Origin: an uncultured Actinomycetes bacterium
GTDB lineage: Bacteria; Actinomycetota; Thermoleophilia; UBA2241
DNA: 64,000 nt
Direction of reading: 5' to 3'
Assembly: GCA_963767005.1 (NCBI GenBank)
Contig: CAVYCN010000002.1
Coordinates: forward strand, 384,001-448,000
The notes below the pieces were generated by a model, which worked only from the letters and a program-made list of their open reading frames with translations, was not told where the DNA came from and did not search any database. Of the stretch, positions 51,792 through 61,752 are shown in pieces. Made by a program: the position numbers and the translations under genes. Position 1 is the first letter of the stretch. The number at the start of each line of letters is the position of its first letter.

Positions 51792-52978
51792 ACCGTCCGT
51801 CCCGCGATCGCGGTCGCGCGTGCCGTAGCCCACTCCAGGCCGCTCTCTCGAGCGGCCGTCACGAAGGCGGCGACGTCGGCGCGCATCGCGACGCGAGCGT
51901 CGCCGCCGGCCGCCCGCTGTCGATACCAGGCGGCGCTGCGCGCGACGGCCTCGTCGACCGTCCAGACCGGCCGCACACCGAGCCGTTCGCGCGCCAGTGA
52001 GCTGTCGAGGGTGAGCGCCGCGGCCTCGTGCGGCTCTGCCGCGACGGAGCGCAGCGGATGCCAGGAGCCGGCGCCGTAGGCCGCCAGGAAGGCCGTGACC
52101 ACATCACCCACGGCCACGCAGCCGGCAGCGTCCGGTCCCAGGTTCCAGGCGCGGGCGAGCACGCCGTCGCCGGCCAGCAGGCGCGCGCCCAGCCAGAGAT
52201 ACCCGGCGAGCGGCTCGAGCACGTGCTGCCAGGGCCGCACGGCGTCGGGGCGGCGCACCACGACGGGTGTGCCGGCGGCCACGGCGCGCACGCAGTCGGG
52301 CACGAGACGGTCGACCGCCCAGTCGCCGCCGCCAATCACGTTGCCGGCGCGGGCGCTCGCCACCTGCACGCCGGCCGCGGCGCAGAAGCTCCTGCGGTAC
52401 GCCGCCGTGACGATCTCGGCGCAGCCCTTGCTCGCGCTATAGGGGTCGTGACCGCCGAGCGGGTCGTCCTCGGCAAACGGCGCGCGCGTCGCGGCGCGGC
52501 GCGCGCCGGCCGGCTCATCCTCTGTCTCCGGGTTCTCATAGCACTTGTCGCTCGTGACGACCACGACGGCGCGCACCGACTGACAGGCCCGTACCGCCTC
52601 GAAGAGGTTCACGAGGCCCATGACGTTCGTTGCGAACGTGCCATGCGGGTCGTCGTAGGAGGCGCGCACGATGGGCTGAGCGGCGAGATGCACGACGAGC
52701 TCGGGCGCAAAGCCGGCCACCGCCGCGGCGAGCGCGGCGAGGTCGCGTACGTCCCCGGCGACGTGCGCGACCTCGTCGTCCAGGCCACCCAGCACGAAGA
52801 GGCTCGGGTCGGTAGGCGGCTCGAGCGCGTAGCCTCCGACCACGGCGCCCAGGTCGGCGAGCCAGCCGCACAGCCACGAACCTTTGAAGCCGGTGTCGCC
52901 TGTCACCAGCACCCGCCGGCCTTCGTAGAGACCACCGAAGGGGGCGTCGCCGGTGTGCGGGGCTGCCTCGGGCGTCAC
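51788..52978 (-). CDS. rfbG: CDP-glucose 4,6-dehydratase
   Basis: TGDTGFKGSWL, HLAAQPIV, TSDKCYEN, DPYSASK, RAGNVIGGGDW, RPWQHVLEP. Confidence 0.95.
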   Translation of the reverse strand: MTPEAAPHTGDAPFGGLYEGRRVLVTGDTGFKGSWLCGWLADLGAVVGGYALEPPTDPSLFVLGGLDDEVAHVAGDVRDLAALAAAVAGFAPELVVHLAAQPIVRASYDDPHGTFATNVMGLVNLFEAVRACQSVRAVVVVTSDKCYENPETEDEPAGARRAATRAPFAEDDPLGGHDPYSASKGCAEIVTAAYRRSFCAAAGVQVASARAGNVIGGGDWAVDRLVPDCVRAVAAGTPVVVRRPDAVRPWQHVLEPLAGYLWLGARLLAGDGVLARAWNLGPDAAGCVAVGDVVTAFLAAYGAGSWHPLRSVAAEPHEAAALTLDSSLARERLGVRPVWTVDEAVARSAAWYRQRAAGGDARVAMRADVAAFVTAARESGLEWATARATAIAGRTV

Positions 52979-53748
52979 CAGACCCTCCAGGGCGCCGCGC
53001 CCGAGCGCCAGAGCTGCTCGAGCAGGGCTTTGTCGCGCAGCACGTCGACCGGCTGCCAGAAGCCGCGATGTCGGTACGCCATGAGCTCGCCGTCGCGCGC
53101 GAGGCCTTCGAGCGGCTCGTGCTCGAAGTAGGTCTCGTCGCCGGCGATGTAGTCGAGCACGGCGGGCTCGAGCACGAAGAAGCCGCCGTTGACCCAGGCG
53201 CCGTCGCCGGCCGGCTTCTCGGTGAACGACGTCACGTGCCGGCCCTCGCGGTCGAGCTCGAGCGCGCCGAAGCGGCCGAGCGGCTGGACCGCCGTCACCG
53301 TGGCGAGGCGCCCGTGGCCGGTGTGGAAGTCGACGAGGGAGCCGATGTCGACGTCGGCCACGCCGTCGCCGTAGGTCAGCAGGAAGCGCTCGCCGTCGAG
53401 GTGCTCGGCGACGCGCTTCACCCGGCCGCCGGTCTGCGTGTCGGCGCCGGTGTCGACCAGCGTCACGCGCCAGGGCTCGACGTCGCCGTCGTGGACCTCC
53501 ATCGTGCGCCCCTGCAGGTCGAAGGTCACGTTCGCACTGTGCAGGAAGTAGTTGGCGAAGTACTCCTTGATCACGTAGCCCTTGTAGCCGAGACAGATCA
53601 CGAAGTCGGTGAAGCCGTAGTGGCCGTAGATCTTCATGACGTGCCACAGGAGCGGCCGGTCGCCGACCTCGGCCATGGGCTTCGGCTTGACCTGCGTCTC
53701 CTCCGACAGGCGAGTGCCGAGCCCGCCGGCAAGGATCACGACCTTCAC
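52975..53748 (-). CDS. rfbF: Glucose-1-phosphate cytidylyltransferase
   Basis: LAGGLGTRLSEET..KPKPM, TGGR, TYGDGV, NGGFF, GFWQP. Confidence 0.96.
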   Translation of the reverse strand: MKVVILAGGLGTRLSEETQVKPKPMAEVGDRPLLWHVMKIYGHYGFTDFVICLGYKGYVIKEYFANYFLHSANVTFDLQGRTMEVHDGDVEPWRVTLVDTGADTQTGGRVKRVAEHLDGERFLLTYGDGVADVDIGSLVDFHTGHGRLATVTAVQPLGRFGALELDREGRHVTSFTEKPAGDGAWVNGGFFVLEPAVLDYIAGDETYFEHEPLEGLARDGELMAYRHRGFWQPVDVLRDKALLEQLWRSGAAPWRVW

Positions 53749-53825
53749 GTGCGCCCTCCAGAGTGCGTCGATGGCCGAACGCCGCGCCGGGGGCGGCACC
53801 CCGTCTCCCGCGCGGCACAGCCCTT

Positions 53826-53853
53826 GTATCGGCACCGTTGCCCGTTTTGGTTA
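53826..53853 (-). promoter_or_regulatory. sigma28/WhiG-type promoter of rfbF operon (proximal)
   Basis: TAAC-16 nt-GCCGATAC. Confidence 0.65.
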
Positions 53854-53879
53854 CGGCGACGGCACGACGAACCCTCTCA

Positions 53880-53907
53880 TCATCGGCGGGTCGGTCGTGT
53901 GACCTTA
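53880..53907 (-). promoter_or_regulatory. sigma28/WhiG-type promoter of rfbF operon (distal)
   Basis: TAAG-16 nt-GCCGATGA. Confidence 0.6.
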
Positions 53908-53965
53908 AGGGGTCTTCGGGGGCCGCGGCGCTCCCCACGAGGGCCTCAGCCGAGGCGCGGGAGCC

Positions 53966-55153
53966 TCAGCCGAGGTGGAAGATACGCTGAATGTCGTTGT
54001 AGGTGATCAGGAAGAAGAGCGTGACGAGGACCACGACCCCGATCACGATCGCGCGCTCGAGCACGCGCGGGTCGACGCGCCGGCCGCGCACGGCCTCGAC
54101 GCTGTTGAAGAAGATGTGACCGCCGTCGAACGGCAGGAAGGGCAGCAAGTTGACGATCCCCAGGTTGACCGACACGAAGGCGAGCAGCAGCGGATACCAG
54201 CTCTGGCGCTCCGCGGTCTGCGACACCGAGAGGATGCCGACCGGGCCGGTGGCGCCCTCGGGCCCCGCCGGGTTGATCTTGCCCGTCACGACGAGCCAGA
54301 GCCCCCGGAAGGTGGCCCCCACGATGCGCGCGGTCTCGGCCACCGCCACGCCCGCAGCGCGCCAGGGCGTGGGATAGATCGGCGCGCCGCGCGGGCTCAC
54401 GCCGAGGAAGCCTTTGCCCGGCTGGCCGGGACGCGTCGTGAGCCTGACCGAGACGACCCTCGAGACACCTGTTGCCGTCCGGTAGCCGAGGCTGACGGTG
54501 TCGTGCGGGTGCGACTCGAAGAAGGTCGTCGTCTGATCCCAGGTGCGAAACACGACGCCGTTGCCCGACAAGAGGCGGTCGCCGGCGCGAAGACCGGCCG
54601 CGGCGGCCGGCGTGCCCTTCACGACCTGGGCGATCGTCAGCGTCGGCTTTGCCAGATAGCCCCCCGCCTGGATGAACACGAACATGATGACGACGGCCGC
54701 CACGAAGTTCATGACCGGGCCGGCCGCGATCGTGACGTTGCGCTGCCACACGGGCTTGCTCGAGTACGCGCGCGGCACGACGTCGTCGGGCAGCTTCTCG
54801 TCGGGCGTCATGCCGGAGATGCGACAGAAACCGCCCAGCGGGATCACACCGACGCCGTACTCGGTCTCGCCCCACCGGCGCCTCACCACCGCCGGCGGGA
54901 AGCCGATGTAGAAGCGCTCGACCCGCATGCCGAAGGCCTTCGCCGCCAGGAAGTGCCCGAGCTCGTGGACGAAGATGAGCAGCGCCAGGCCGAGCACCGC
55001 CACGAGGAGCGTCCAGTGCCCGGTGACCAGGAGCGCGGCGATGGCCACGAGCAGCAGCAGGCTCCACGGCGACGGGCCGCCGCGCTCAACGTCGCCGTCG
55101 ACCCCGGAAGGTCTCTCGGGGACCTGCCCGCTCTTGCGCGACGTCTGCGTCAA
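53966..55153 (-). CDS. rseP: RIP metalloprotease RseP
   Basis: HELGH, IPLGGF, AGP.MN, PDZ, NLLPFLPFDGG. Confidence 0.93.
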   Translation of the reverse strand: MTQTSRKSGQVPERPSGVDGDVERGGPSPWSLLLLVAIAALLVTGHWTLLVAVLGLALLIFVHELGHFLAAKAFGMRVERFYIGFPPAVVRRRWGETEYGVGVIPLGGFCRISGMTPDEKLPDDVVPRAYSSKPVWQRNVTIAAGPVMNFVAAVVIMFVFIQAGGYLAKPTLTIAQVVKGTPAAAAGLRAGDRLLSGNGVVFRTWDQTTTFFESHPHDTVSLGYRTATGVSRVVSVRLTTRPGQPGKGFLGVSPRGAPIYPTPWRAAGVAVAETARIVGATFRGLWLVVTGKINPAGPEGATGPVGILSVSQTAERQSWYPLLLAFVSVNLGIVNLLPFLPFDGGHIFFNSVEAVRGRRVDPRVLERAIVIGVVVLVTLFFLITYNDIQRIFHLG

Positions 55154-55348
55154 GTCTCCCTCTGTCGGTCGTCCGGCCGAGCGTGCGCGCCGGCCCTGAG
55201 CCCATGATGCATCATCGGCACGCCGGGCGCGAACCGTATCGTTCCCGTCAAGCCTCTCATCGACGCAGCGGGCCACGGAAGGAGCCGCCGGGCGCCGTGG
55301 CCGGCCCCGCGGCGAAGGCCGCGCAGGTGGCGCAAGCCGGCTGCGAGA

Positions 55349-56692
55349 TCAGCGCGAGGCGGCGACGATCGCCGCCGCCTCGCGCCGCGCCAGCGCGTCG
55401 CAGGCGAAGACGTCGTCGAGACCAGCGATACGACCATCGCCCATGCCCTCGAGCACCCGCTCGACGACCTCGGCGATGGCGAGAAAGCCGATGCGACCGT
55501 CGAGGAAGGCCTGGACCGCCACCTCGTTGGCGGCGTTCAGGGCGATGGGGGCGGCGGCGCCCGCGCCGCCGCCCCCATCGCCCGGCGTGCTCCCTTCCCA
55601 GGCACGGGCGCCGGCCTCGCCGGCGGCTCGCGCCAGAGCGAGGCAGCGGAACGTCTCGGTGTCGGGCGCCGCGAAGGTGAGCTCTGCGGCGAACAGGTCG
55701 AGGGCCGGCACCATGGGCAACGGAGCGCGGTCGGGCCAGCTCAGTGCATAGCCGATCGGTACGCGCATGTCGGGGACGCCGAGGTGGGCCAGCACGGCGC
55801 CGTCCGAGAAGCGCACCAGAGAGTGCACGATGGACTGCGGGTGCACGACCACGCGCACCGCGTCGTAGGGCACCCCGAACAGCTCGTGGGCTTCGATCAC
55901 CTCGAGCCCCTTGTTCATGAGCGTCGCCGAATCGATCGTCACCTTGGGACCCATGACCCAGTTCGGGTGCCGCAGCGCCTGCGACGCCGTCACGCCGCCG
56001 AGCTCATCCGGCCCGCGCCCGCGAAACGGTCCGCCGGACCCCGTCAGCAGGATCTCCTCGGCGTGCAGCAGCGGGTCGTCGCCGGGTCGCCCGGCCGCGG
56101 CGCGCGCGGCCGGCATACTTGCCAGCGCGGCGCGGCCGGCGACACCCATCCTCCCCGCTCCAGGGCGACCCGCCTCGAGGCACTGGAAGATGGCGCTGTG
56201 CTCGCTGTCGACCGGCACGATCGCGCTGCCCGCGGCACGCGCGGCGGCCAGCACAAACGGGCCGCCGGCCACCATGCTCTCCTTGTTGGCGAGAGCCAGC
56301 GTCGCTCCCGCCTTGAGCGCGGCCAGGCTCGCGCGCAGGCCGGCGGCCCCCACGATCCCGTTCAGCACGACGAGCTCGGCTGCGGCGGCTCGAGCAGCGG
56401 CCGCCGCGCTCGCGATCAGCTCGGCGATGCCCTCGTCGCCGGCGAGGACCGGCCGGTCGGTCGCGGCCGCCGTCGCGGCGGCCGCCGTACCGTCGGCCAG
56501 GGCCAGCGCGGCGGCCGCGCCACACGACCCCGCGCAGTCGAGCAGGCCGGCGCCGTCGCTGCCGGCCACAAGACCGACCACCGACAGTCCGGGCAGCACG
56601 GCCGCGACCTCGATCGCCTGCCGGCCGATCGAGCCGGTGGCGCCCAGGATGACGAGCTGCCGCGGCGGCCGCTCAGCCGGGGACTCATGCAT
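55349..56692 (-). CDS. dxr: 1-deoxy-D-xylulose 5-phosphate reductoisomerase
   Basis: LGATGSIG, LANKES, PVDSEH, HPNWVMGPKVTIDSATLMNKGLE, NAANE. Confidence 0.97.
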   Translation of the reverse strand: MHESPAERPPRQLVILGATGSIGRQAIEVAAVLPGLSVVGLVAGSDGAGLLDCAGSCGAAAALALADGTAAAATAAATDRPVLAGDEGIAELIASAAAAARAAAAELVVLNGIVGAAGLRASLAALKAGATLALANKESMVAGGPFVLAAARAAGSAIVPVDSEHSAIFQCLEAGRPGAGRMGVAGRAALASMPAARAAAGRPGDDPLLHAEEILLTGSGGPFRGRGPDELGGVTASQALRHPNWVMGPKVTIDSATLMNKGLEVIEAHELFGVPYDAVRVVVHPQSIVHSLVRFSDGAVLAHLGVPDMRVPIGYALSWPDRAPLPMVPALDLFAAELTFAAPDTETFRCLALARAAGEAGARAWEGSTPGDGGGGAGAAAPIALNAANEVAVQAFLDGRIGFLAIAEVVERVLEGMGDGRIAGLDDVFACDALARREAAAIVAASR

Positions 56693-56715
56693 CGTGCCTC
56701 CTGATCGTTCGCTTT

Positions 56716-56882
56716 GACTACGTCGTCGTCGCTCAGGCAAGCGTGACTTCGTCGCGCGCCTAGTCCGTCGATTCGACTACGTCGTCGTCGCTCAGGCAAG
56801 CGTGACTTCGTCGCGCGCCTAGTCCGTCGATTCGACTACGTCGTCGTCGCTCAGGCAAGCGTGACTTCGTCGCGCGCCTAGT
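56716..56882. repeat. Perfect 59-bp tandem repeat, about 2.8 copies
   Basis: Unit GACTACGTCGTCGTCGCTCAGGCAAGCGTGACTTCGTCGCGCGCCTAGTCCGTCGATTC starts at 56716, 56775 and 56834 (last copy 49 nt). Confidence 0.95.
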
Positions 56883-57732
56883 GCAAAAGGAGGATCACGT
56901 AGTAGCCCGCCACGGCGGCGAACAACAAGCCGTCGAACCGGTCGAGCATGCCGCCGTGGCCGGGAAAGAACCGCCCGGCGTCCTTGATCTCGACGTCGCG
57001 CTTGAGCAACGACTCGAACAGGTCGCCCAGGGGCGCCACCACGCCGATCACGAGCCCGAGGATGAGCGAGTCCAGCTCGCCGATGCCGTGGTAGTAAAGG
57101 CCGATGAACACGACCATCAGGACCGTGCCGATGAAGCCGCCGACGAAACCCTCCCAGGTCTTCTTTGGCGAGAGTCGCGGCGCCATGGGCGTGGCGCCGA
57201 ACCAGCGGCCGGTGAAATAGGCGACCGTGTCGCCAGCCCAGGACCCGAAGATGATCATGAGGGCGTAGCCCTGACCGTCGGCGAGACGCCGGACGAGCTC
57301 GAGGTGACCCACGCCAAAGCCCACGTAGACCAGGCCGAGCATGGTGATGGCCACCCGCACGCTGACCCCGGGTCGCGGGCCCGGCGCGGCGCCCAGGACG
57401 AACGAGAGCAGCAGACCCAGGGCGACGATCCCCATGAGCGCCCGCGGTGAGTACGTCCAGGCGGCCCACGCCATGAGGCCCACGCCCACGAGCGCGATCA
57501 GCGTGAACGGACGATACGGCCGCATCATGCGGCAAAACTCGTTGGCCGCGACGAGCGCCACGATGAGCGCAACCACGAAGAAGGGGACTCCGCCGTGTAT
57601 CGTCACCACGAGCGCGAGGAGGGCGAGCACGACGCCCACGATGACGCGCGTGCCTAGCACGAGCGGCCTCCGCGCCGTGGCTGAGGCGAGCGCGACCTCA
57701 TCGGCCCCCGAATCGCCGGGTCCGCGTCGCAT
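56878..57732 (-). CDS. cdsA: Phosphatidate cytidylyltransferase
   Basis: DTVAYFTG, SPKKTWEG, GDLFESLLKR..IKD.G..PGHGG.LDRFD. Confidence 0.95.
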   Translation of the reverse strand: MRRGPGDSGADEVALASATARRPLVLGTRVIVGVVLALLALVVTIHGGVPFFVVALIVALVAANEFCRMMRPYRPFTLIALVGVGLMAWAAWTYSPRALMGIVALGLLLSFVLGAAPGPRPGVSVRVAITMLGLVYVGFGVGHLELVRRLADGQGYALMIIFGSWAGDTVAYFTGRWFGATPMAPRLSPKKTWEGFVGGFIGTVLMVVFIGLYYHGIGELDSLILGLVIGVVAPLGDLFESLLKRDVEIKDAGRFFPGHGGMLDRFDGLLFAAVAGYYVILLLH

Positions 57733-58549
57733 ACACGGCGAGCGCCTGGTCGAGGTCGTCCGGACCGAAGTCGGGCCAGAGCTTGTCGCTGAAGTAGAGC
57801 TCGGTGTAGGCGAGCTGCCAGAGCAGGAAGTTCGAGATGCGTTCTTCGCCGCTCGTCCGGATCAGCAGTTCGGGGTCGTGCATCTCGGGCGCATAGAGGC
57901 GCGCCGCGAGCGCCTCCTCGGTCACAAGCTCCGCGATGGCCCGGGTCGAGCGGGACGCGTCGCCGGGTTCGTCGCCCAGGGTCGCCGCAGTCGCCGTCAG
58001 CGCCTGCGCGGCGAGCGCCCGGGCCGCGTCGACGATCTCGGCGCGGGCGCCGTAGTTGAAGGCGATGAACATGGTCATCGCCGGCGCGGCCGGGTTGGCG
58101 GCCTCGGCCGCGTCGATGCGGGCGAGAAGGTCGGCGGCGACTCCCTCGCGGCGTCCGACGAACGTCACGCCCACGCCGCGACCCTGCACCTCGGGCACCT
58201 CGGTCTCGATCTGTTCGACGAACAGCTCCATGAGAGCGTCGACCTCGTCGCGCGGACGCCGCCAGTTCTCGCTCGAGAACGAGTAGACGGTCACTTCAGC
58301 GAGACCGCGGTCGAGGGAGTGCTCGATCAGGTCGCGCAGGGCCTTCGCGCCGGCCCTGTGCCCGGCCGCCACCGGCAGGTGCCGGCGCCTGGCCCAGCGC
58401 CCGTTGCCGTCCATGATCACCGCCAGGTAGCGGCACGTCGCGCCGCCGGCCGCCTGCTCGGCGGCCGCGCCACGAGCAAGGCGGCGGGCCGCGCCGGCCT
58501 TACGCAGCAGCGACGACTGCCGTCTCGGTGTGGGATCGTCTGAGCTCAC
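57698..58549 (-). CDS. uppS: Polyprenyl (undecaprenyl) diphosphate synthase
   Basis: IMDGNGRWA, FSSENWRRP, NYG, RTSGEERISNFLLWQ, RRFGG. Confidence 0.96.
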   Translation of the reverse strand: MSSDDPTPRRQSSLLRKAGAARRLARGAAAEQAAGGATCRYLAVIMDGNGRWARRRHLPVAAGHRAGAKALRDLIEHSLDRGLAEVTVYSFSSENWRRPRDEVDALMELFVEQIETEVPEVQGRGVGVTFVGRREGVAADLLARIDAAEAANPAAPAMTMFIAFNYGARAEIVDAARALAAQALTATAATLGDEPGDASRSTRAIAELVTEEALAARLYAPEMHDPELLIRTSGEERISNFLLWQLAYTELYFSDKLWPDFGPDDLDQALAVYATRTRRFGGR

Positions 58550-58586
58550 CGCTCGTGAGGTCTGCCTCTCCTTGCGGGGAGAGGCG

Positions 58587-59144
58587 TCAGACCTCGAGGA
58601 TCTCGGCCTCTTTGTGCTTCAGGAGCTCGTCGATCTCGTGTGTGCTCTTGTCGGTGAGCTGCTGGAGCTGCTCCTCGGCGCGGCGCTCGGCGTCCTCGCC
58701 GACCAGGCCGTCGTTCTTGAACTCCTTAAGGTCCCTCATGGCGTCGCGCCGGATGTTGCGCACCGCCACGCGACCGTCTTCGGCGAGCCGATGGACGAGC
58801 TTGACGAGGTCGTGCCGTCGCTCCTCGGTGAGCGCTGGGATCGGCAGCCTGATGACGGTCCCGTCGTTGCTCGGATTGAGCCCGAGATCGGACTCCATGA
58901 TGGCCTTCTCGACCGCCTTCATGGACGACCTGTCGTAGGGCGTGATGGTGATGAGGCGCGGCTCGGGGGCCGCGACCGTAGCCATCTGCTTGAGGGGCGT
59001 CGAGACGCCGTAGTAGTCGACGTGGATGCGGTCGAGCAGCGCGGTCGAGGCCCGTCCGCTGCGCACCGTGTTGAACTCGGTGCGGGTGGCCGCCACGGCC
59101 TTGGCCATGCGCTGGGTCGCGTCGTCGAGCAACTCCTTTTCCAC
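58587..59144 (-). CDS. frr: Ribosome recycling factor
   Basis: RSGRA, VDYYG, LGLNPSNDG, LTEERR, VRNIRRD. Confidence 0.98.
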   Translation of the reverse strand: MEKELLDDATQRMAKAVAATRTEFNTVRSGRASTALLDRIHVDYYGVSTPLKQMATVAAPEPRLITITPYDRSSMKAVEKAIMESDLGLNPSNDGTVIRLPIPALTEERRHDLVKLVHRLAEDGRVAVRNIRRDAMRDLKEFKNDGLVGEDAERRAEEQLQQLTDKSTHEIDELLKHKEAEILEV

Positions 59145-59168
59145 CTCAGAGCCCTCCTTGCCTGTCGG

Positions 59169-59939
59169 TCATCGTGGGCTTACCACTGCTGGCGAGCTCA
59201 CGATCGTGCCGACCCGCTCGCCGGCGAGCACGCGCTCGATGTTCTCGCCGGTCATGCGGAACACGAGGATCGGCACGCGATTGTCCATGCAGAGCGACAG
59301 CGCCGTCGTGTCCATCACCCTGAGGCCCCGCTCGATCGCCTCGAGATGGGTGATCTCGGCGATGAAGCGAGCGTCCGGCACCTTGTCGGGATCGGCGTCG
59401 TAGACGCCGTCGTACTCGCGCTTGGCCATGAGGATGGCCTCGGCGCCGAGCTCGAGCGCCCGCAGGGCGGCCGCCGAGTCGGTCGAGAAGTACGGGTTGC
59501 CCGTGCCGGCCGCGCAGATCACCACACGGCCCTTCTCGATGTGACGCAAGGCGCGCCGCCTGATGTAGGGCTCGCACACGGCCTTGATCTCGATGGCGCT
59601 CATCACGCGCGTGTCGACACCCTCCTTCTCGAGGGCGTCCTGCAGCGCGAGCGCGTTCTGCACCGTGGCGATCATGCCGATGTAGTCGGCCGTCGCCCTG
59701 TCGAACCCGCGCGCCGCCGCCGCCACGCCGCGGAAGATGTTGCCGCCGCCCACGACGACGGCGAGCTCCACGCCGCGCTCGCGGACGCGTCGCACGTGGC
59801 GCGCCATCTCGTGCGTGCGCTCGGGGTCGATCGACTGGGCGCCGCCGCCCAGCGCCTGCCCGCTCAGCTTGAGCAGGACACGGTGGAACGGACCGCGCCC
59901 GGCCGTGCTCCCCCCGTCGCCCGGCTCACTCTCCCCCAT
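59169..59939 (-). CDS. pyrH: UMP kinase
   Basis: LLKLSG, GGGNIFRG, GTGNPYFSTD, DGVYDADP, VMDTTA. Confidence 0.97.
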   Translation of the reverse strand: MGESEPGDGGSTAGRGPFHRVLLKLSGQALGGGAQSIDPERTHEMARHVRRVRERGVELAVVVGGGNIFRGVAAAARGFDRATADYIGMIATVQNALALQDALEKEGVDTRVMSAIEIKAVCEPYIRRRALRHIEKGRVVICAAGTGNPYFSTDSAAALRALELGAEAILMAKREYDGVYDADPDKVPDARFIAEITHLEAIERGLRVMDTTALSLCMDNRVPILVFRMTGENIERVLAGERVGTIVSSPAVVSPR

Positions 59940-59947
59940 GTCGACCC

Positions 59948-60550
59948 CTAGCCCTCGGCGGTCTCGCCGAGCTGGAAGCGCACGAAGCGCCGCACGTCGA
60001 TGTTCTCGCCGATCACGCCGATGAGGTCGGTGCGCAGCTGCTCGATCGTGCGGTCGGGATCCTTCACGAAGGGCTGCTCCATGAGGCAGACCTCCTGAAA
60101 GAACTTGTTGAGCTTGCCCTCGAGCATCTTCTCGACGACCTTGTCGGGCTTGCCCTTGGCCTGCTCGCGATAGATGGCCTTCTCGCGCTCGACCACGTCG
60201 GCCGGCACCTCGTCGCGCCTGACCCACAGCGGGCTCGACGCGGCGACCTGCATGGCGAGATCGTGCGTGAACTCCTTGAACGGCTCGCTGCGGGCGACGA
60301 AGTCGGTCTCGACGCCGACCTCGACCAGCACGCCGATCTTGCCGCCCGCGTGGACGTACGAGTCGATGGTGCCCTCACGTGTCGTGCGCGCCGACTTCTT
60401 CTGGGCCGCGGCGAGGCCCTTCTTGCGGAGCTCGTCGATCGCCTTGTCCATGTCGCCGGCGGTCGCGGCCAGCGCCTTCTTGCAGTCCATCATGCCGGCG
60501 CCGCTCTTGTCGCGAAGCTCCTTGACCATGCTCGCGGTGATGTCAGTCAC
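59948..60550 (-). CDS. tsf: Elongation factor Ts (short form)
   Basis: VKELRDKSGAGMMDCKKAL, ETDFVAR, IGENI.VRRFVRF. Confidence 0.98.
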   Translation of the reverse strand: MTDITASMVKELRDKSGAGMMDCKKALAATAGDMDKAIDELRKKGLAAAQKKSARTTREGTIDSYVHAGGKIGVLVEVGVETDFVARSEPFKEFTHDLAMQVAASSPLWVRRDEVPADVVEREKAIYREQAKGKPDKVVEKMLEGKLNKFFQEVCLMEQPFVKDPDRTIEQLRTDLIGVIGENIDVRRFVRFQLGETAEG

Positions 60551-61752
60551 TACGCCTCACTCTCTTCACTTGTGCCTTCGGGCACGCCCTTCGTGTCGGC
60601 AGCCGGCGCCGCGGCCTCGGTCTTCGTGCTCTTGCGCGCGGCCGGCTTGCGTGTGGGCGCCTCGGCCTCGGCCCGCTTTGCCGGTGTGTCGGCAGCCTTC
60701 GCCGGTGCCTCGGCGGGCTTCGGCGATGCGTCGACGGGCTTGGCCTCGGCTTCGGCAGCCTTCGCCGGTGTCTCGGCGGGCTTCGCCGGCGCGACCGTCG
60801 GCTTCGCGCCGGGATGCGCCGGCTTTGCCGCAACGTCGGCGACCTTCGCCGCAGCGTGCGTGGGCTTGGCCGGGGTCTTGGCCGCGACCTCGGCAGCCTC
60901 GACCGCGGCCGGCGCAGCGGGTTTCGGGGCGGCGGCGCGCTCGTCGGCCGCCTGGGCGTCCGCCAGAGCCTCGGCCTCGGCGGCGACGGCTCGGGCTAGC
61001 TCAGCCTCGGCCTCGGCGGCGGCCTGCGCGGCGGCGCGCTCCTCGGCGGCCTTGAACTCGGCCAGCGCGACCTGCGCACGGCCTTCGGCGACCGCGCGGG
61101 CCATGGCCTTGACGATCACAGAGCACGAGCGGATGGCGTCGTCGTTGCCAGGGATGACGTAGTCGACCTCGTCGGGGTCGCAGTTGGTGTCGACGAGCGC
61201 GACGATCGGGATGCCCAGCTTGCGGGCCTCCTTGACGACGATCGCCTCTTTGCGTGGATCGATCACGAACACGGCGCTCGGCAGGCTGTCCATGCCGGCC
61301 ACGCCGCCGAGGTTGGTCTCGAGCTTGGCGAGCTCGCCGCGCAGCTTCATCTGATCGCGCGTCGGCAGGACGTCGATCGAGCCCTCGGCGACGAGCTGGC
61401 GCAGCTCGTGCAGGCGCTTGATGCGCTTTGAGAGTGTGACGTAGTTGGTCAGCAGACCGCCCAGCCAGCGGGTCGCCACGTAGGGCTGGCCCGCGGCCTC
61501 GGCCTCTTCCTTGATGGACTCCTGGCACTGTTTCTTGGTGCCCACGAAGAGCACGCTACCGCCGCGCCCGGCAACGTTGCGCAGGAACGCGTAGGCCTCG
61601 TCGATCAGGACGGTCGTCTTCTGCAGGTCGATGATGTAGATGCCGCCGCGCTCGGTGAAGATGTAGCTGCGCATCTTGGGGTTCCAGCGGCGGGTCTGGT
61701 GGCCGAAGTGGACGCCGTTCTGCAGCAGGTCCTTCATGCTGACTGTAGGCAC
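60550..61752 (-). CDS. rpsB: 30S ribosomal protein S2 with long Ala/Pro/Lys-rich tail
   Basis: [45 protein letters not shown]. Confidence 0.98.
   Translation of the reverse strand: MPTVSMKDLLQNGVHFGHQTRRWNPKMRSYIFTERGGIYIIDLQKTTVLIDEAYAFLRNVAGRGGSVLFVGTKKQCQESIKEEAEAAGQPYVATRWLGGLLTNYVTLSKRIKRLHELRQLVAEGSIDVLPTRDQMKLRGELAKLETNLGGVAGMDSLPSAVFVIDPRKEAIVVKEARKLGIPIVALVDTNCDPDEVDYVIPGNDDAIRSCSVIVKAMARAVAEGRAQVALAEFKAAEERAAAQAAAEAEAELARAVAAEAEALADAQAADERAAAPKPAAPAAVEAAEVAAKTPAKPTHAAAKVADVAAKPAHPGAKPTVAPAKPAETPAKAAEAEAKPVDASPKPAEAPAKAADTPAKRAEAEAPTRKPAARKSTKTEAAAPAADTKGVPEGTSEESEA

Noticed and set aside
53943-53975. GCCTCAGCCGAGG direct repeat at the rseP end as an insertion scar
   Set aside because: No matching full copy at the other island edge; GGCTGAGG contexts recur at several stops
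56716-56882. CRISPR array
   Set aside because: Units are contiguous and identical, with no variable spacers and no cas genes
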